A stretch of 63,373 nucleotides of DNA, the filler included, from Asterionella formosa (lineage: Eukaryota), in the NCBI GenBank assembly GCA_002256025.1. It is 6 parts of 6 records of this genome, joined end to end, with 100 filler letters (N's around TTAATTAATTAA, not from the genome) between each part and the next. Parts side by side here need not be neighbours in the genome. Positions count along the whole stretch, not along the records: positions 28,119 to 56,053 come from NKIB01001346.1; 5 more parts are not named here. One strand, given 5' to 3'. A program made the translations under genes and the position numbers. The first letter of the stretch is position 1, and each line of letters begins with the position of its first letter. Below, piece by piece: positions 33,501 to 45,784 of the stretch. Under the pieces are notes generated by a model. It worked only from the letters and a program-made list of their open reading frames with translations, was not told where the DNA came from and made no database searches.

Positions 33501-35777
33501 TTAGAATCGCACAATAGAACTGTAGATGGTCAAGCATAATAAAGCCGAGGTCAAAATTGTAATCAATGCATAATTGTAAGCTTTCCCGTGATGTTGATGA
33601 ATGTTGTTGAGGTCAATAAATTCCTTCACAAAAGTGGACACCGTTGATAAACTACCAGCAAACCCAGTCCTAATGGCACCGAGAATAGCAACAGGCCACG
33701 ACGAATTGACATCCCCATAAAACCGAAATTGGATTGCGACACATAGAACGGAAACAATGCTAGCACTGATATTGCAAAGAAACGTTCCCCAAGGAAGCCA
33801 AGTGAATCTCCCCATGAGGGACCAACGGCCATTCCATTTGGAAATCTGCCATCTCAAGATCGCCCCAGGAGGAGTCAGCAAGACAGAAAGCCACATGGTC
33901 CTATAGAATGGAATATTATGAATGGCATCTGCAACGATCATCGCAACGAAAATCCCAGCCAAAAAAGTAAAAGCAATGTATTTTGCCGAGAACGTAAAAG
34001 TCAATACGCGGCATAGTGGTCGACACAGGCGACAGTCAGGACAGACGATAACCCCGTCACCGTATGTTCTCTCAATTACGTGACTCGAAAGGCCGCCTTC
34101 TTCCACCAACAAACCAACAGAATCGTCGTCGCTCGCACTGTCCATTCGAGGATCAATGTTCGGATATCGATGTCGATTTATCCAAATCGAGACCTGAGTT
34201 CCGAATACGTAGCAGCCAATGGATGCTACTAGACCGAGAATATACCCAACAATGGCAGCGACAACTTGAGTGCCAAGTTCTGTATGTGTTCCATCCATCA
34301 TGATCACCATTTGCGTATTCCAGGAAGAAAATGTTGTAAGGGACCCACAAAACCCCGTTTTGATACCAACGTGTAGTGGCTCATATTGTTGGAGAGGATG
34401 ACCTTTGTGAAACCATGGAAGGGGTGGCCATAAATCGGGTCTAACATTCGACACAACGCCCATAATAAAGCTCCCGATCATATTTGCTGGTAAGTCAGTA
34501 AACAGGGCCCCACCTGTTTGACTTGTTTCTCCCGACGTTGTCACGCAAATCCCTTTCGACAGTGACATCCAAAAATCGGAAATCCCATTAAGATTTTCGC
34601 AGTCCAAACCAAAAAACCTGCCTGTAAATACTCGAAAAGTGGATCCAAATATGGCGAAGGCAGATACATACGCCATATAATGTGAATCGTTTCGGAGCCA
34701 AAATTGTAGCCCTCGTTGACGCCTGGCCGATGCTGCTATGTCAGGAGAAATCCATGAGTCGTCCAACGATAATCGGCGCGTACTCAAGGGCGGCGGCGAA
34801 TAAGCATTATCCGTTTGGTCCATTACATGATTATATTCCAATTCACCCACCTTAGTATCAACTCTTTGTGATCGAGGGGTACCACTTCGGGATTCTGGAG
34901 GAGATTGATCATGAAGGGTGCTATTTGATCCTCTACGAAGTCTGTGTGTAGGTGTGACGACAGTTCGAAAATGGCTTCCTTGCGGGCTATTGCGAGTTGA
35001 CGGCGACCCGTGGTTGGCACTGAGCGCCATTTTCTTCTGAAACTTTTCTTTGTCGAGGATGAAATCTGGATTTACTGTGAATTTTTGAATTTTTCGCGTA
35101 ATTGAGGGTGTGCGTTCCTGTGATGTCACCGGAAGCGACATTTGTCGACTGAGGGAATAAGTAGCCGCCAAAGGATCAACTTTTCTCGATATTCCATTAA
35201 CTCCTGCTCTAGGTATGTTATTCATTTCAGCTCTTGGGATCCTGGCATATCGATTAGGTGCTACTATAATTGTTGGCGACAAACTGTAAGCGAGTGTGGA
35301 GTCAGGTGAGGAGTAAACTCGTCGCAATGGAGGCGGTACGCCAATGGGCTTTGGCGATCGATCCGATGAAACTTTCTCCAAAATGTCTTCGTTTGTCTGT
35401 ACAAACAGATCATGCTTGCGGGATTGTGGCATGATCGCTTGCGGTGTAATATTTACAGACGCAACAACCGGTAATACGGATTCAGAAAAATCTGTTTCCA
35501 ACAAATTATCCGCGAAATCATCACTGTTCATGAAGGGGCTAGCCCCTACAGATATCAAAGGGCAAGTTGACGACGACAGCTTAATTTCGTCTTCATCACC
35601 TAATATTTGCTCTTCTTCGATGCTTTCATCGTCAAAGTACGTCCGACTGTCACACATCTCCATGCGCAGGCGAGGTGAACTTTGTGGAGAGGCGTCATCT
35701 GAGTAAGTGAAATCTAGGTTAGCGTTGCCGTGAACTGGATTATCCTTGTTGTTACTGTCGATTGGATGCTCCGGCAT
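33501..35777 (-). CDS. FEX: Fluoride export channel FEX (two CrcB/Fluc domains) with long disordered N-terminus
   Basis: ANMIGSFIMG and GIKTGFCGSLTTFSSW in domain 1; WGTFLCN and GAIRTGFAGSLSTVSTF in domain 2. Confidence 0.9.
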   Translation of the reverse strand: MPEHPIDSNNKDNPVHGNANLDFTYSDDASPQSSPRLRMEMCDSRTYFDDESIEEEQILGDEDEIKLSSSTCPLISVGASPFMNSDDFADNLLETDFSESVLPVVASVNITPQAIMPQSRKHDLFVQTNEDILEKVSSDRSPKPIGVPPPLRRVYSSPDSTLAYSLSPTIIVAPNRYARIPRAEMNNIPRAGVNGISRKVDPLAATYSLSRQMSLPVTSQERTPSITRKIQKFTVNPDFILDKEKFQKKMALSANHGSPSTRNSPQGSHFRTVVTPTHRLRRGSNSTLHDQSPPESRSGTPRSQRVDTKVGELEYNHVMDQTDNAYSPPPLSTRRLSLDDSWISPDIAASARRQRGLQFWLRNDSHYMAYVSAFAIFGSTFRVFTGRFFGLDCENLNGISDFWMSLSKGICVTTSGETSQTGGALFTDLPANMIGSFIMGVVSNVRPDLWPPLPWFHKGHPLQQYEPLHVGIKTGFCGSLTTFSSWNTQMVIMMDGTHTELGTQVVAAIVGYILGLVASIGCYVFGTQVSIWINRHRYPNIDPRMDSASDDDSVGLLVEEGGLSSHVIERTYGDGVIVCPDCRLCRPLCRVLTFTFSAKYIAFTFLAGIFVAMIVADAIHNIPFYRTMWLSVLLTPPGAILRWQISKWNGRWSLMGRFTWLPWGTFLCNISASIVSVLCVAIQFRFYGDVNSSWPVAILGAIRTGFAGSLSTVSTFVKEFIDLNNIHQHHGKAYNYALITILTSALLCLTIYSSIVRF

Positions 35778-36099
35778 GGCTGATATTCACAATTGATTAT
35801 TATTATTAGTATACCGGTATACCGGTAGTTTTGACCAGACAACAAGAATAATGATGAAACGCAACACTTTTACGTTCGTCTTCTATATATTTATCATACA
35901 TTCTTTACACAACAAAGGAGTTTTTAAACTTTTCTCGAGCACGACCTCGATATAATGATGTTAAATAGCTAAACGACAGTGTGCGATTGCTTATACCAGG
36001 TACGGTACCTGGTACCTACTCATGTCGATTCCATTTCTAAGCATCACATACAGTATACCGGTAGCTACATAGCTGCAAAGTTGTGATCCAACAAAGCTG

Positions 36100-36390
36100 C
36101 CTCTCGCAGTGAAAAGGCAACAATGCCCATGAAAACGACAACAAGTCCAATATCAATGAGGTGATGATGAAGATGATAAAAATGAAGGCAACAACAAAGA
36201 AGGCGAAGATGATCATGCAGGCAATGCAGGTAAAAACAAACACAAACACAATGGCATCAACAAACATGGAAACAGTGAAGTAAAAAGACAAACACAAAAA
36301 CAATGAAGCCATAGCTGACTTCGACTAAAACAAGGGCAATGAGGGCAACAACAGACATGAAGTCAATGAAGCCAAAGGTGAAGAACAGAG
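36100..36390. repeat. Degenerate purine-rich triplet low-complexity tract (GAC/AAC/GAA-like)
   Basis: gaaaacgacaacaag...gatgatgaagatgataaaaatgaaggcaacaacaaagaaggcgaagatgat..., no sustained ORF. Confidence 0.55.
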
Positions 36391-36950
36391 TATACATGGC
36401 TTCTTGTCCTATTTTATACTGATTTGGTTCCAAATTATTATCAAGATTTCACTCAATGTGGGTATCAAATTGGTATCATTTCAGTACCAATTTTGGTAGT
36501 ATAGTTGGTTGCCTCTAACTATAAATGCAAGTCACTGACTAGGTGATCATTTTCTTTCTGTAAAATGTTTGTCACTGAAGTTTGGGAGGCAAGATACCAA
36601 TTCAGCTCCAGATTATGCTTTTGGCAGGCAAACGATGTCTCAAGTAGATGAAAAAATTTAAACATAAAGACTTATTGCCATGCATAACTCCAGAAACCTA
36701 TCATACAGTTCTGTAGATAATATATAGATTAACTTTTAAGAAATGGAAAATCCAATGAATTGAGCTGCCGGGTATGGTACCTGGGACATAAAATACTATG
36801 TTGGGGCAAGGGATTGAAAACCCAGACTGAATCCAGTCTGTTAGATTGAATTCAGCCTATGAATTAGCCGGAAAGAATCCGATAAACTTTACGATCCCGC
36901 CCCCGGTAAAATCATGATCACGCCTTCTTACAAAGACCTCCATCATCAAA

Positions 36951-39561
36951 ATGGCAGGCCTCGCTCCACACCTTCCTCCGGACTTAACAGGCGTTCAAAA
37001 AAGCGACCTTGAACGCCTATGGTGCACCCAAAATCGCCAGCTTGTCGATGTTCGTCCTACAGCCGAGTTGGCCACCAAAATCAACATTGAAGTCCAGACT
37101 TACCGCTTTATTGTGCGAATGCATGCATTCTTCGTTCTCTTTCTCAAAAAGCAACTTCCACTCGACTCTCCCAACGAAAACAATGCGTTCCAGCACATTA
37201 AAGTAAATCGAGAAAGCTCGTTGGAAGCATATTCGAAAATGGTTTTGAGCACTGCTGGTGTCAAACTGCTCGAAGGCAGAGTTGTCATTCCGCTGCACCA
37301 TGAAGATTTCCAGAATGAGCTGCAACACTATGAACTTCAGGGTCAAGCAGTTACGGACGATTTTATTCGTCGATATTCATTTGGGGCCTTTCTATATCAC
37401 AAGCCAGAACAAGGCTTTGCTGCAGTAGGAGTCGCCATGTCATTGGCAGTGGCCACACTCTGGCGGCGCGCCAATTCAGGACCAAGTTTAGACCGCTTTC
37501 TAGATGCATGTAAACTGGTTATTAGATTCTACCATGTTCGTCCTCAAGTGCGAATGATGGATGTACGAACGAGCATGGCTTATAAGTTTCTGACTATAAA
37601 AGGTCACGTTGTGAAAGCGAGACCAAAGCGATTGAGAGTCGTCACTGCTGATTTTTCATGTTCCAAATGTGGCGCCATCACGATTCATAGTTTCAATCAC
37701 GGGAGGTACTCTATTCCGACAAGATGCGCTACCAAGAATTGTCGGGCCAAGAATTTTACAATGATTCGACCAACTGCACGATATATCAATGTTCAAGAAC
37801 TCAGGTTGCAAGAAGCACAAGAAGAAAGTACGGCCCAAGCTGGCAGAACACCTCGACAAATTGAAGTAGAGCTTGAAAATGACCTTGTTGATTCGTGTCG
37901 TCCTGGTGATATTGTTATGGTGGCGAGTATAGTGCAAGCTGTAAATTCCGCTGTGGCAGAAGGAAAAGTTGGAAAGCGGGCAATGGAAACGAGCACATAC
38001 AAGCTATACCTACAAGCAAACTCGATAACGACCATGTCAGAGAGCAACCAACGCGAAAAGAATCAGCAAGGGGCGTCTACAAGTGGAGGAAATGTCGTTT
38101 ATACTCAACAACAATTTCATAGTATCACGCAGTTGTCACATGCAGATCATCGTTTTTTTGGAATGATGGAAAGAAGGGCCTTTCCTTTTGATTTACTAGT
38201 TCGATCGCTTTGTCCCGCAATAATTGGACACGATATGGTCAAAGCAGGAATATTGCTTTGCTTACTTGGTGGGACTCCTCCATCTTCGCAATCACCAGAT
38301 CGAGGAAATTCTATTCGCTGCAATTCACATATTCTTATAGTAGGAGATCCCGGTATGTTCACATCATGTGCCAATCGAGTCGTCGATTATATTACTCATA
38401 TTCATTCATCCACCTTCATCCAAAAATTAAGGAATGGGAAAGAGTCAGATGTTATTGGCAGCAACTCAAGTTGCGGCTCGAAGTGTATATGTAGGAGGGA
38501 ATACATGCTCGACAACTGGATTGACTGTGACAATGACGAAGGAGGCCGGCGGTGACACGGGGATAGAAGCTGGTGCTCTTGTTCTCGCTGATCAAGGGAT
38601 TTGCTGCATTGATGAGATGGACAAGATGGGCCATCAGGAAGGGCTACTAGAGGCAATGGAACAGCAGCAGATATCGATCGCGAAAGCTGGAGTTGTCGCT
38701 TCGCTTCCAGCAAGGTGTAGTATAATCGCCGCAGCAAACCCGAAACACGGCAGCTACAACATGAACAAGACTGTTGCAGAGAACCTTAACATGGCTACTC
38801 CCATATTATCTCGGTTTGATCTGGTTTTCATATTGAGGGACCGAGCAGACATTGATCAAGATCGTCTGGTGTCAAGTAACATTATGAATCATCATCGAGG
38901 GAAAACTGTAGCTATGGAGTCAAAGGCTCCGACCGTTGGGGCTTCAAAGAACTACGACTCCGAGAACCGAATGCCACTAAAAGAGCGCCTTCAATGGGTC
39001 TCTCAATTTCAAAAGGAGCCGCTTCCAGCTGATCTCGTTCGGGACTATATCTCCTATGCTCGTGAGTATTGCAAGCCCAGACTTTCCCAAGGAGCTGCCT
39101 CAGTTCTTAAGGAGTACTATATGAATCTTCGGTATCCTGCTGACGGTAGAAATCCACGGGATACAGTTCCAATCACCACTCGACAATTGGAAGCTTTAAT
39201 TCGTCTCTGCCAAGCACGTGCCAAGGCCTGTCTTCGGGAATATGTGTTGGAGGAAGATGCGCTTGATGTTGTAGAATTAATGGCTCGATCGGTTGACGAA
39301 GTTCATAAGGATGAATTTGGTGCCTTAGATAGATCCCGTGGTGGAGCAGGCGGGAAAAGCAACAAAAAGTTGAAAAAGGCTTTTATTAACGAGATATACC
39401 GAATTGTTGGTTCTGGTGCAGAATGTACATTGGATGACTTGCGACGCATCGCTGATAAGCTCTGTTGTGGACTCCAGGAGTTTCCTACCATGGTCGAGAA
39501 TCTACGAAACGAAGGAATCTTAATGAAGTCATCAAATGGATCATTCAAAGTATTGTCCTGA
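36951..39561 (+). CDS. MCM8: MCM8 helicase (exons 36951-38352, 38432-39561)
   Basis: Zn finger CSKC..CATKNC; Walker A GDPG|MGKSQML restored by GT-AG intron 38353-38431; EAGALVLADQGICCIDE, SRFD, ITTRQLEALIRL. Confidence 0.9.
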
Positions 39562-40189
39562 ACAATCTGTAAGTGCGTGGATGTCATGACGCTTTCTCAA
39601 ACTTTGGATTGGTTCTGGTTTCATTCCTTTTATTGTTGCGACAAATAAATACAACAGCTCGGGCGATTTGTGAGGGTGATGTATAATATGTGTACTGTGA
39701 TTCCAGCCTTACCGGTTTACCTGGATGTTAAGACGTTTGAAGCGCTTGGGGGTGAACCGGAAGGGACAGAGCAAGATATGCTAGACATTGCCTTTGAACC
39801 ATATAAAACATGGAAGGTAATGAAGTCTACCGGTAGTCTATTCATTATGTGTGGATACTGGAATACCTCAATAAATGCAAGACTGACTACCAGGTACCAG
39901 GTACCGCTATAACATACTGCACACCTGCCCTTGAATCTCGCGCTGTATATGCATCCGGGTATTATGATGTGTTTTCTTTTTACAGTAAAAATTAGCATTG
40001 ATATCCCCTACGCCATAAATTACTACCCAGACGTCATCACTGAAACAATGATTTGCACCACCAGTGTCCAGCACATGAAACGTCATCGCCCTCAATTCTT
40101 TGCTATACCGGGGTACTGTATTATCTGTTTGCTGACTTGAGTAACCTGTGTAACCTGTCTTCATTTTATTTAATAAAATAAGTACATCC

Positions 40190-41080
40190 ATGCAGCAAGC
40201 TTGTCTTCCGGTTCCTCGTCGCAGAAAGCGCGACGATGGCGACGAGATAGTGAGTTTTGACAACATTGAGTCCATGGACGCCATGGAATACATGGCTGCC
40301 GTGATTCAGCAAGCCAATGCGATTCCAGACGTGTTGGTGTCGACTGTATCATCCGCCCCGCCGCAACGTCGAGAAGAGTTCATTCCCATTGATGGATCTG
40401 CGGCGTCGCTTCAGTATTTGGTATCAACGTCGATTGTTGTACCGCCACCGAGCCAACGACATGGTCCACCGAGTCGACAATGGGTGGACGGCACCTTGTC
40501 TAACTTTTCGGAGGTGCGAGGCTATCTGGAACAGTGCGATCTAGAGGGGGTGGGAGGAAAGGAAACAGACAGAGCACCTTTTCCTCCCATGAAGGACAGT
40601 GCTGGTTGGCACGAATTTTGCGTCGGCGCCGACGAAGCCAGAGGAAATCCGGGGTCCTATTTCGACGACGATGGTGGTCAATCTGATGATGGAGGCGAAG
40701 AAGAGGAGGAGGAACCAGAATGGAGAAAGGGAATTCCCGTTAATGGACATGAACCGACAGTCCGAATCATCCTTCAAATGGATCAAGTCATGACCCGACG
40801 TGTACTTGCTCATCTTGCTGATTTTGTCGGTGAGGGTTGGTCGCCATGTACTAGTCAACGAACCGCTTGGTTGTATGCTCTGTTGGCTAGATTGGAGATA
40901 CCATTGCATCGCGACGATGCTGCTATGCTGTTCGGTCTACTTAAACTATTGACTAAAGCAAGATCCGATACCCATGCTGAATCCAAAGATAATCTCGCGA
41001 AGCTGAATACTTTGATCGCCATCGTTGGACTCTACTTTGAACAAGGTGGAGGATATGCTAATTTAATGGAACCGCATTAG
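40190..41080 (+). CDS. GEMIN2: Gemin2/SIP1 (SMN complex)
   Basis: DAMEYMAAVIQQANAIPDV, GWHEFC, PTVRIILQMDQ, WLYALLARLEIPLHRD, LNTLIAIVGLYFEQ. Confidence 0.85.
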   Translation: MQQACLPVPRRRKRDDGDEIVSFDNIESMDAMEYMAAVIQQANAIPDVLVSTVSSAPPQRREEFIPIDGSAASLQYLVSTSIVVPPPSQRHGPPSRQWVDGTLSNFSEVRGYLEQCDLEGVGGKETDRAPFPPMKDSAGWHEFCVGADEARGNPGSYFDDDGGQSDDGGEEEEEEPEWRKGIPVNGHEPTVRIILQMDQVMTRRVLAHLADFVGEGWSPCTSQRTAWLYALLARLEIPLHRDDAAMLFGLLKLLTKARSDTHAESKDNLAKLNTLIAIVGLYFEQGGGYANLMEPH

Positions 41081-42102
41081 TCATTCCGTTCCCTATCAGA
41101 GACTCCAAAGATTGCATGTCTCAACCTTTCCCATCGTGCTGAACATTGAAGGTAAACCAATGGAAACTGGATTAGCAAACTGATGGAATATCCAACAAGA
41201 ATTTCGGTTCTGGTATGAAAATAAGCGGCAGTGTTAAACTCTCCAAAGAGGGCTATGTAATACAGATACGGAAGGTACGAAAAGAGTACCGTCATGGTAA
41301 CCGTCCATGTTTTGTTCCAGTGATGTGTCACAAAGATATGTATAAACTCCACAAGGCTGATGGACAATATTTGACCAAAGTACAGCACAGTGTGGTCGGA
41401 AAAGTCGAATTGAAGGCCATGGCAAGCGGATGAACCTCTGTGGATATCCGAAAACCAGCATACTTCTGATTCCGACTCAACCAATACACTTTCCAGAATG
41501 TTAGCCCCCAAGAAGAGAGCCCATCCTCGCCAAGAGAAAATGACAATATAAAAGAGTAGACGCAGTAGTGCTGTTCTACTGTCCTCGGTCAATAGGCCAC
41601 TGTTGAACGCTTCTATAGCCACTGTGACCTGTCCCAGAACAAATGGAACCAGTGGAAGTATCCACGCCCCAGGTAATCGAGTGAGCTGTTTATAGAGGTA
41701 GGGGTGGGTCTGCACACATAGGAAGCTAGCGTTTGATCCATCACAGCAGATTGTCGAACCTTCCTCCTGCAACGAAGTCGCTAGTACATTGACATAGCCT
41801 TTGTGACACTCCACTCCGATATTGGCAGGCACATATTTTGTAGTTCCTCCGTTGTAGAGTACACCAATAAGCATAACGGCCATAGTTACGACGAAATGAG
41901 CTGCCCAAACATACTTGGCCACTCTCAAATTCTTGTGCATTCTTGAAGGCTCTTGATCGATCGTGTCCCCTTTGTATTTATTTTCTATCAACAGATTTGC
42001 TTCTGCTTGCGTCTCGAGTCTGTCTTGGCTTCTTGTGTACTGCACCTCTGTGAGCATCAATAAAGTTCGAACCAACGAACAGAATTGCCGACTGTGAAAC
42101 AC
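41077..42102 (-). CDS. FIT-family (FITM/Scs3-like) multi-pass membrane protein; the 5' exon probably lies in gap 42138-42473
   Basis: FDFSDHTVLY (compare FIT FDISGH) and TAAYFHTRTE (second conserved His), several TM helices; acceptor-like ctcacag near 42048. Confidence 0.65.
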   Translation of the reverse strand: MFHSRQFCSLVRTLLMLTEVQYTRSQDRLETQAEANLLIENKYKGDTIDQEPSRMHKNLRVAKYVWAAHFVVTMAVMLIGVLYNGGTTKYVPANIGVECHKGYVNVLATSLQEEGSTICCDGSNASFLCVQTHPYLYKQLTRLPGAWILPLVPFVLGQVTVAIEAFNSGLLTEDSRTALLRLLFYIVIFSWRGWALFLGANILESVLVESESEVCWFSDIHRGSSACHGLQFDFSDHTVLYFGQILSISLVEFIHIFVTHHWNKTWTVTMTVLFSYLPYLYYIALFGEFNTAAYFHTRTEILVGYSISLLIQFPLVYLQCSARWERLRHAIFGVSDRERND

Positions 42103-42765
42103 GATAAAATGCGAATAATCAGGTTGTCAACAACAAGNNNNNNNNNNNNNNNNNNNNNNNNNNNNNNNNNNNNNNNNNNNNNNNNNNNNNNNNNNNNNNN
42201 NNNNNNNNNNNNNNNNNNNNNNNNNNNNNNNNNNNNNNNNNNNNNNNNNNNNNNNNNNNNNNNNNNNNNNNNNNNNNNNNNNNNNNNNNNNNNNNNNNNN
42301 NNNNNNNNNNNNNNNNNNNNNNNNNNNNNNNNNNNNNNNNNNNNNNNNNNNNNNNNNNNNNNNNNNNNNNNNNNNNNNNNNNNNNNNNNNNNNNNNNNNN
42401 NNNNNNNNNNNNNNNNNNNNNNNNNNNNNNNNNNNNNNNNNNNNNNNNNNNNNNNNNNNNNNNNNNNNNNNNNTGGTTTGTACAGAGCCACCCATCATTT
42501 ATAATATTAGTACCGGTACCTTTTCCATTGATATATTTCATAATTATGCCGGATATATGCGTATATAAATATCAAGCAACAATGCGTATTTTCTATTCCT
42601 TGCTTTGTTGCTATAACGAAATGAAATATGTGGAGGAGTAAAGTGCAAAGCAATATACCGGTAATGGTGACAAATAAGCAAAACTATCATGTCAATGACT
42701 TCTTTCCCATTTACCGGTATACATATACCGGTATGGTAGGACCTGGTAGTATCTAACAAAAAACA

Positions 42766-45639
42766 ATGACGCCTCCTGGATATGAGCCTCCCGTGGTTGG
42801 CCCAAAAGGAAAGGACCAATCAAGCATTATGGATTGGATCCTTCGAAAGCCTCAAACTCAATATTCTGTGAAACGATTGAATGAATTATACTCGGATCTG
42901 CTCGATTTCGTGGAAATCGACAAGGAGGATCTGGGAAGGAGATTTCGCCGACGAGCTCCCATCGAGACCCCGGTGGACGAGACGACAACAAGATCGCCAA
43001 GAAGGCTAGATATGCAAGAAACATTAAGGAATAGAAATGGCAAGAAGCTTGATCTGACCACTGCCTTTCGAGTCTTGGCCGCAACACCGGCTGCCGACAA
43101 GGAGGGAATGGACGGGGGCTCGCTTGCCGTTCGCGACAAGACGGCAGTAGTAGCCATGGCTTCCGCGAGGTCCATGGAAGAGGAACTTGTAAAACTGGTA
43201 CAATGCATCGGGGAAGTGGTTGCATTTGGTGATGAACCTGGAACTTCGTTGAGATGTGACCCCGTATTTGAATACTTCTGCGAGAAACAAATATTGCCAC
43301 TCTTCGTCGACATTGCAAAAGCCAAGCCCGAAACAGACAGTTTGCTCCATGGAGTAACATGGAGTGCTTTGGTTAAATCTCAAGTTATGCAGACCATTTC
43401 TGTTATGATTTCAAATGCTCAAGATGGGCCATCGCTCTACTACCTGTTGTCGAGCAATTACCTAAACGACCTCGCAAGAAGCATGATGCCATTGCGCCAA
43501 TGGACCGATATCGCGCTTGAAACAATGATACCTGCATATGTGACTATGCTCAAGTACATTTCACTGCAGCTGGCAGCTGCACCAGATGTACTGTTCCACT
43601 TTTTGACGCAAGGGAACGAATTTCCACTATTCACATCTGCGACCAAGGTGGCAACGAGTAGCTTAGCGGATTCCTTTGCTCGACTTACGTGCACGTCAAT
43701 CATTGTGACGATCATGAGCATACGTTCCCATAATGTTAGGAACTGGATTATCGGAGCCGAGATGGAGCAAAAAATGATGGCTATTCACATGTGTGATCGA
43801 TTCATGGAGAAGTATTTTCGACTTGTCAGACTTACCAGTGGACCTGTCGTTGATCCAGTCAGAGCGATGGGTATTACAAGCTTGATGGTAGATCTACAAC
43901 GGCAAATTAGTGAACTCAACGATATTCTCTGTTGCGGAGTACGAAGCATGAATGTCCGCCTCTGCGAAATTCTTTTGCAACGTGTTTTTTCCGTCTTGTT
44001 TGAACAATTGCTACCGAAAAAAGAAAGACGATTCTTGATGGTAGGAGTCATGGATATGGATGTTATACCCGACGTGGAAGCTAGGGCTCAGACTGCTATG
44101 ATTTTCCTTTTTCACTTTATCGTCTCGATATGTTACCCGCCCCTGATCAGAATGCTAGCTGTTGCGCTCTTGCATCCAATGGCGAGCACGTTATGGCAAA
44201 ACTCGATTGCACCTACTGATGAATACATTCTAACATCATCACTCAACAGTATTATTCAGGGAAAGAAACTTGGAGACAACGAGGGCGAGAAGGTTGAAAA
44301 TCCATTCCGCCGGCTGCTGATATCTTCGATCTTGTCGGGCAAAATGGGTGAATGGATGTTTGTACCTGCTAGTTTGCTACTCGAGAGCGTCATGTTGTCA
44401 GATGCTCTTGATCTAGACACATTGATATCCCTGAATGTTGTTCCTAAGTTTGACGAGGAGTTAATCACGGAGTATCCAAAGTCTGAGGTCGAGGAAGCAC
44501 TTGCAGTTTTCCTTTGTCGCAAACATGAGAACGTGTCGTCCCTTGCTACCTTTTCTCTGGAACGAGCAGGAGCTGTTTCCCTGGCAGTTCTATCTCAAGT
44601 AGTCAATAGTATCAGTGCAGGAGGCAAGCACATGGAACGCATATTTCATCTGCTGCCTTTGTCGCCCTTGGTCATGTCGTTGAAAGTGGTTTATCGAAAC
44701 TTTTGTATGAATGCGTTGGAAGCTGAACAAAGGACTGGAATTTCGGAGCTTTTTCTTGATCTTGCTCAATTGGCAACCTCAACCCGATACTCAAAGCTAT
44801 CAGCAGAACACTTGTCGAAATATGGCTGCCTTTTGCAGACTTTTTCCTGTAGCGAGCACTTACTTAATTCGGAGGTACTTGTCAGAAAACATCGGTGTGT
44901 TGAATCTAATGACGTTGAGGACTGCCGATTTTCAATTCGATTGGCATTGCACTTTCGGGCACTGTACAAATCCATCGAGGCGCTCCTCGAGGAGGCAAAG
45001 TATTCTAGTGACAAAAAACTATCCAACCTAAAATTTCCATTCTTTAACGAAGTTGACTATGCCGACGACCTTCTTCTCACCATTGCTAATGTCAAGGACA
45101 AACCTATTGCAGGAACGGAGTTAGATCTTCGTGGCAGAATGACTTTCAAGTTTTATGCATCTTCAACTCGGTCTGAGCAGGCACTAATTAAGGATCGTAA
45201 GCAGGATCATATTCTTCGACCGACCTCTCATCTTATTCTGGTCTTGGACCCTGCCGACCTTTATGTAGTGAAACCAGATACACGGCGAGAAAGCAACCAT
45301 GGGATTATCCTTTGCAGTGCTTCACTACAGAGTATCATTGCGTTTGCTTCTGACGCGGAATGGTTACATATTGCCTTGCGGCATACGGACGATGTCACCT
45401 TTCTCATAAAGAATGGGAATATGGCGTTGCATTTTGAATCCGTCGGTACCTGCCTTATTGTTCGGCAATTCTTGGAACGGTCTCAAGCTGGACTTCGTTA
45501 TGAACTGAAAAGCAAGGTTTATGATTTATTCATGGTTTTGACACCATCGAGCACTACGAACGATAGTGAAACAAGCAGTGATGTTCCAGGAGGCGAGTCA
45601 GTTAAAAGCCATATCTCCAGTGAAGATATAACAGAGTGA
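42766..45639 (+). CDS. CLEC16A: CLEC16A/TT9 (FPL domain) endolysosomal trafficking protein
   Basis: FPL motifs DPVFEYFCEKQILPLF, VKSQVMQTISVMISN, SLYYLLSSNYLNDL, EFPLFTSA; C-terminal PH-like region. Confidence 0.8.
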   Translation: MTPPGYEPPVVGPKGKDQSSIMDWILRKPQTQYSVKRLNELYSDLLDFVEIDKEDLGRRFRRRAPIETPVDETTTRSPRRLDMQETLRNRNGKKLDLTTAFRVLAATPAADKEGMDGGSLAVRDKTAVVAMASARSMEEELVKLVQCIGEVVAFGDEPGTSLRCDPVFEYFCEKQILPLFVDIAKAKPETDSLLHGVTWSALVKSQVMQTISVMISNAQDGPSLYYLLSSNYLNDLARSMMPLRQWTDIALETMIPAYVTMLKYISLQLAAAPDVLFHFLTQGNEFPLFTSATKVATSSLADSFARLTCTSIIVTIMSIRSHNVRNWIIGAEMEQKMMAIHMCDRFMEKYFRLVRLTSGPVVDPVRAMGITSLMVDLQRQISELNDILCCGVRSMNVRLCEILLQRVFSVLFEQLLPKKERRFLMVGVMDMDVIPDVEARAQTAMIFLFHFIVSICYPPLIRMLAVALLHPMASTLWQNSIAPTDEYILTSSLNSIIQGKKLGDNEGEKVENPFRRLLISSILSGKMGEWMFVPASLLLESVMLSDALDLDTLISLNVVPKFDEELITEYPKSEVEEALAVFLCRKHENVSSLATFSLERAGAVSLAVLSQVVNSISAGGKHMERIFHLLPLSPLVMSLKVVYRNFCMNALEAEQRTGISELFLDLAQLATSTRYSKLSAEHLSKYGCLLQTFSCSEHLLNSEVLVRKHRCVESNDVEDCRFSIRLALHFRALYKSIEALLEEAKYSSDKKLSNLKFPFFNEVDYADDLLLTIANVKDKPIAGTELDLRGRMTFKFYASSTRSEQALIKDRKQDHILRPTSHLILVLDPADLYVVKPDTRRESNHGIILCSASLQSIIAFASDAEWLHIALRHTDDVTFLIKNGNMALHFESVGTCLIVRQFLERSQAGLRYELKSKVYDLFMVLTPSSTTNDSETSSDVPGGESVKSHISSEDITE

Positions 45640-45784
45640 ACGTAATGACAGAAATTGAAATTACTTCCTTTGTCTTTTTCTACTTTAAGCATAGCTTTGG
45701 TCAGAAGCATTTGTATTTACACGCCCGTTTTTTCGTTGCCATCGTGAGGACTTGGTGCTTCAGTAATACCGGTAGTACCTCATT

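Noticed and set aside
42057..42541. ORFs spanning N gaps (also 47417-47971 and 56102-56153)
   Set aside because: Produced by translating Ns.
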